DNA of 64,000 nt from an uncultured delta proteobacterium (GTDB lineage Bacteria; Desulfobacterota; Binatia; UBA9968): the NCBI GenBank assembly GCA_963816145.1, contig CAWFJP010000030.1, positions 160,001 to 224,000 on the forward strand. Direction: 5' to 3'. Shown one piece after another: positions 61,584 to 64,000 of the stretch. Numbering within the stretch: position 1 is the first letter of the stretch; each line of letters begins with the position of its first letter. Below the pieces are notes generated by a model. That model was given only the letters and a program-made list of their open reading frames with translations. It made no database searches and was not told the origin of the DNA. A program made the position numbers and the translations under genes.

Positions 61584-61829
61584 CACTCGCCGCGCTTCCC
61601 CCCCGACGCCTTCGCGTTAATTTCCGATCGCAAACGCCGCCCCGGCGAGATCGACAAGTTTCACTGGTATTGCCCGAAGTGCGACACGCTGCTGCACGAA
61701 CAACAGTTCATCGTCGACGACTACGCCAAAGACCCGGTGTCGAAGGCGTATCAGCGTTTCTTTGAGAGTTTAGATTTCAGAACCTGCAAACAGTGCGGCG
61801 AAGTCATGCCGGCGCCGGACGCGCTCTGA
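61584..61829 (+). pseudogene. Third copy of the dioxygenase 3' end (82 codons, no start codon)
   Basis: HSPRFPPDAFALISDRKRRPGEIDKFHWYCPKC...RTCKQCGEVMPAPDAL*; about 113 nt identical to 58961-59073. Confidence 0.92.
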
Positions 61830-62138
61830 TTGCGTACGGGTGTTCGTTCTAGCTTGAAGGTTTGAGATTTGACACGTGAAGGTTCCAATCAATGGAAATT
61901 TTTGAGCAACTGAAACTGTTGGCACTACTCATTGCCGCATTTCCTAATCCTCCCGGGCAATGAATTGAAGTCTATTCCAGAATAGCCTCGACTCGATCCC
62001 AGCGCGACGACAATGACAGACATGTCGACGTGAACGATGACAATGTCACAATCATGCTCGAGAACAATCGCACCGCAATCTATCATAGAAGATCCGTCGC
62101 GGACAAATTTTACCGAAAATTCCGGCGGTGCCATGGAC

Positions 62139-62154
62139 TGGCATTCCTTGTGCA
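62139..62154 (+). promoter_or_regulatory. sigma54 (-24/-12) promoter
   Basis: TGGCATTCCTTGTGCA = GG-N10-GC just upstream of the response regulator. Confidence 0.55.
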
Positions 62155-62176
62155 GTTCCTTTCTCTCATGAGAAAC

Positions 62177-62560
62177 ATGGTTAACAAAGTATTGATCGTA
62201 GATAGTAACGATACCTTTCGGGGAACGCTCATGACCTTTATCGAGGGTTTGGGCCACCAAGTCTTCGAAGCCACTACAGGGCCAGAGGCGCTCGAAAAAG
62301 CCTCAAGCATTCATCCCAACTTGATCATGATGGACGTTCGCTTGCCGGGAATGAACGGCGATGAGGTCACCGCAAAATTGAAGTCGAATTCCGCCACACG
62401 AAACATACCAGTGGTGATAAACACCGGCTGGACCACGTCCTGTAACGTTGAAGACCGCATCCACCGCGCCCTCAATGCCGGGGCGGCGGAAATTATGTAC
62501 AAGCCAATCCAGATGCCGGAGCTTCGCGGCGTCCTGCGCAACTATTTATTAGCCTGCTAG
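62177..62560 (+). CDS. Single-domain response regulator (DivK-like)
   Basis: KVLIVDSND..IMMDVRLPGMNG..TRNIPVV..YKP. Confidence 0.85.
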   Translation: MVNKVLIVDSNDTFRGTLMTFIEGLGHQVFEATTGPEALEKASSIHPNLIMMDVRLPGMNGDEVTAKLKSNSATRNIPVVINTGWTTSCNVEDRIHRALNAGAAEIMYKPIQMPELRGVLRNYLLAC

Positions 62561-62655
62561 ACCGCCAGATGGGTGAGCGCACCCGGCTGACAGATTATCG
62601 GTCCCAAGTCCTGCGCATTTACATCCGACCTTGAAACTGGTGAAACTTGAACGTA

Positions 62656-63567
62656 TTACCTCTGCATCTCCATAATGAAATCTCTGAGTCCCGCTTCCAC
62701 ATCAAACTTCGACACGTAGCCCAATTCACTCCGCGCCCTGGTAATGTCCAGAGCTGGCCGCGGGCGTGACGATACTTCGCGCGTGAAGCGCACAGCGCCG
62801 AGAACTTTCTTCAACCCCAGCTGAATGTCGGCGATCGTCGCCGCTACGCCGGTGCCGAGATTGTAGGCTTGGTGCGGCAGATTCGCGGCATGCGTCATTA
62901 AGTTTAGTCCTTGGGCGATATCTTTAACGTAAACGAAGTCGTTGGCGTCGGCGATGCCCGGCCCCATGGGCGCCGGTTTGCCGGCGAGCGCGGCTTGCAG
63001 CATCGCGTACATGTCCATGCCGACGTTGCCGCCACCGGTGTAGGGGCCGTAGCCGTAGACCGACGCGAAGCGCGGCAGGGCGAGTTCGAACTTGTACGTC
63101 GCCGCGTAAGCGGTCAGCACTTCCTCGCACGCCGCCTTTCCTGCTTGATAGACCCGCGCGCCGCCGTCGCGCCACGCCTCTTCGTGAATCGGCACCGGCG
63201 GATTGCGCAGATCGTAAACGCCTTGACTGCTGGCATGGATCAATCGGCGCACTCCGGTGAGCCGCACCGCCTCGGCAACGTTCAATGTCCCAATCAAGTT
63301 CACCTGAAAGCCGAAGTACGGCGTCCGATTGCCTTGCAGCCCGGCGGTGTGAATCACCACCTCGGCGCGCGTGCGCTGCATCGCCTCGATCAACGCCGGC
63401 AGCTCCCGAATATCGCCGCGAATCATCGGCAACTCTCGTCCAAGAACTTTGCGCAAATAATCCAAGTTGGGCTGCAAGTCGAAAAACGTCACCTCATCAC
63501 CGCGCTCCGTCAACTCCTTGGCCGTGTAGCAGCCGATCAAACCACATCCGGTAATCAAGACTCGCAT
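62656..63567 (-). CDS. NAD-dependent epimerase/dehydratase (extended SDR)
   Basis: MRVLITGCGLIG, NLIGTLNV, ASSQGVY, YQAGK, RFASVYG; GAGGGG RBS. Confidence 0.92.
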   Translation of the reverse strand: MRVLITGCGLIGCYTAKELTERGDEVTFFDLQPNLDYLRKVLGRELPMIRGDIRELPALIEAMQRTRAEVVIHTAGLQGNRTPYFGFQVNLIGTLNVAEAVRLTGVRRLIHASSQGVYDLRNPPVPIHEEAWRDGGARVYQAGKAACEEVLTAYAATYKFELALPRFASVYGYGPYTGGGNVGMDMYAMLQAALAGKPAPMGPGIADANDFVYVKDIAQGLNLMTHAANLPHQAYNLGTGVAATIADIQLGLKKVLGAVRFTREVSSRPRPALDITRARSELGYVSKFDVEAGLRDFIMEMQR

Positions 63568-63592
63568 GACAGTCCCCTCATCAAAATCCCGG

Positions 63593-63724
63593 AAGGGCGA
63601 CCGCCGGTCGCCCCTACGCTCCTTGAGAACCCCCACCTCTCTCCTCCCCCGCGTCGCGGGGGAGGAGAGAGGTGGGGGATTGAACGATTTGGAACATCTG
63701 GAACCTCTGGAACAACTGGAACGA
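63593..63724. repeat. Composite intergenic repeat: GTAG-REP, long hairpin and TGGAAC 9-mers
   Basis: Minus GTAGGGGCGACCGGCGGTCGCCC (to 63617); ccccacctctctcctcccccgcg/cgcgggggaggagagaggtgggg hairpin; five ttgaac/tggaac units. Confidence 0.75.
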
Positions 63725-63727
63725 GCT

Positions 63728-64000
63728 TTAGATATTGAGTTCTTTCGACCGATCATAATCATGCCGCCCACCCGCCGCCGCACCGAGCGGGAAGATCCGG
63801 TCGATCGCCGCCAGATCGTCTGGCGTTAACGAAACATCCGCCGCCGCGGCGTTGGCTTCGAGATTGGCGATCTTGTACGTGCCGGGGATCGGCACGAAGA
63901 AGTCGCCTTGATGGAGAATCCACGCCAGCGCCAATTGCGCCACCGTGCATTTCTTAGCTCTGGCAATCCCTTCCAATTGCTTGAGCAAGCCTACGTTATG
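63728..64000 (-). CDS. Aldo/keto reductase, 3' part (starts beyond window)
   Basis: AQLALAWILHQG..PIPGT..LEANAAA. Confidence 0.9.
   Translation of the reverse strand, partial: HNVGLLKQLEGIARAKKCTVAQLALAWILHQGDFFVPIPGTYKIANLEANAAAADVSLTPDDLAAIDRIFPLGAAAGGRHDYDRSKELNI

Noticed and set aside
58913-61829. Diversity-generating retroelement (TR/VR pair) as the source of the repeats
   Set aside because: Differences are largely synonymous and not adenine-specific, and no reverse transcriptase is present
63568-63783. N-terminal extension of the epimerase
   Set aside because: Reads through REP and tandem repeats; the Rossmann motif and RBS indicate a start at 63567

Overview
64 kb of a GC-rich bacterial chromosome. 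The gene repertoire (orphan NMT1/SsuA-like binding proteins, Amidohydro_2 enzymes, many MFS pumps, sigma54 systems, short intergenic tandem repeats) suggests Candidatus Binatia/Deltaproteobacteria; this is inference. Layout: (1) 1-6.8 kb, an AT-richer island end with a GT2 / HD-like / FkbH-carrier / GT4 biosynthetic operon, bounded by a degenerate tRNA 3' fragment; (2) 7-27 kb, signalling and transport genes, a zone of decayed genes and a cluster of sigma54 promoters around an NtrC-type two-component system; (3) 27.4-35 kb, a type I R-M locus (intact hsdR, embedded fic gene, indel-riddled hsdS/hsdM); (4) 36-48 kb, a core operon (coaBC, DUF4416, UDG, nfeD, SPFH, queA, tgt, yajC, secD, secF, recJ); (5) 49-64 kb, an aromatic/amino-aromatic catabolic region. 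Top finding: the last 246 nt of a 3-hydroxyanthranilate dioxygenase-like gene occur three times with nearly the same left breakpoint, each copy separated by a different 1.0-1.2 kb integrase-free cargo, i.e. a candidate gene-cassette array built on an att site inside a protein-coding gene. Second: a GT2 glycosyltransferase apparently fused to a degenerate RepB-type primase domain. All family calls come from motif recognition by eye; no searches were run.
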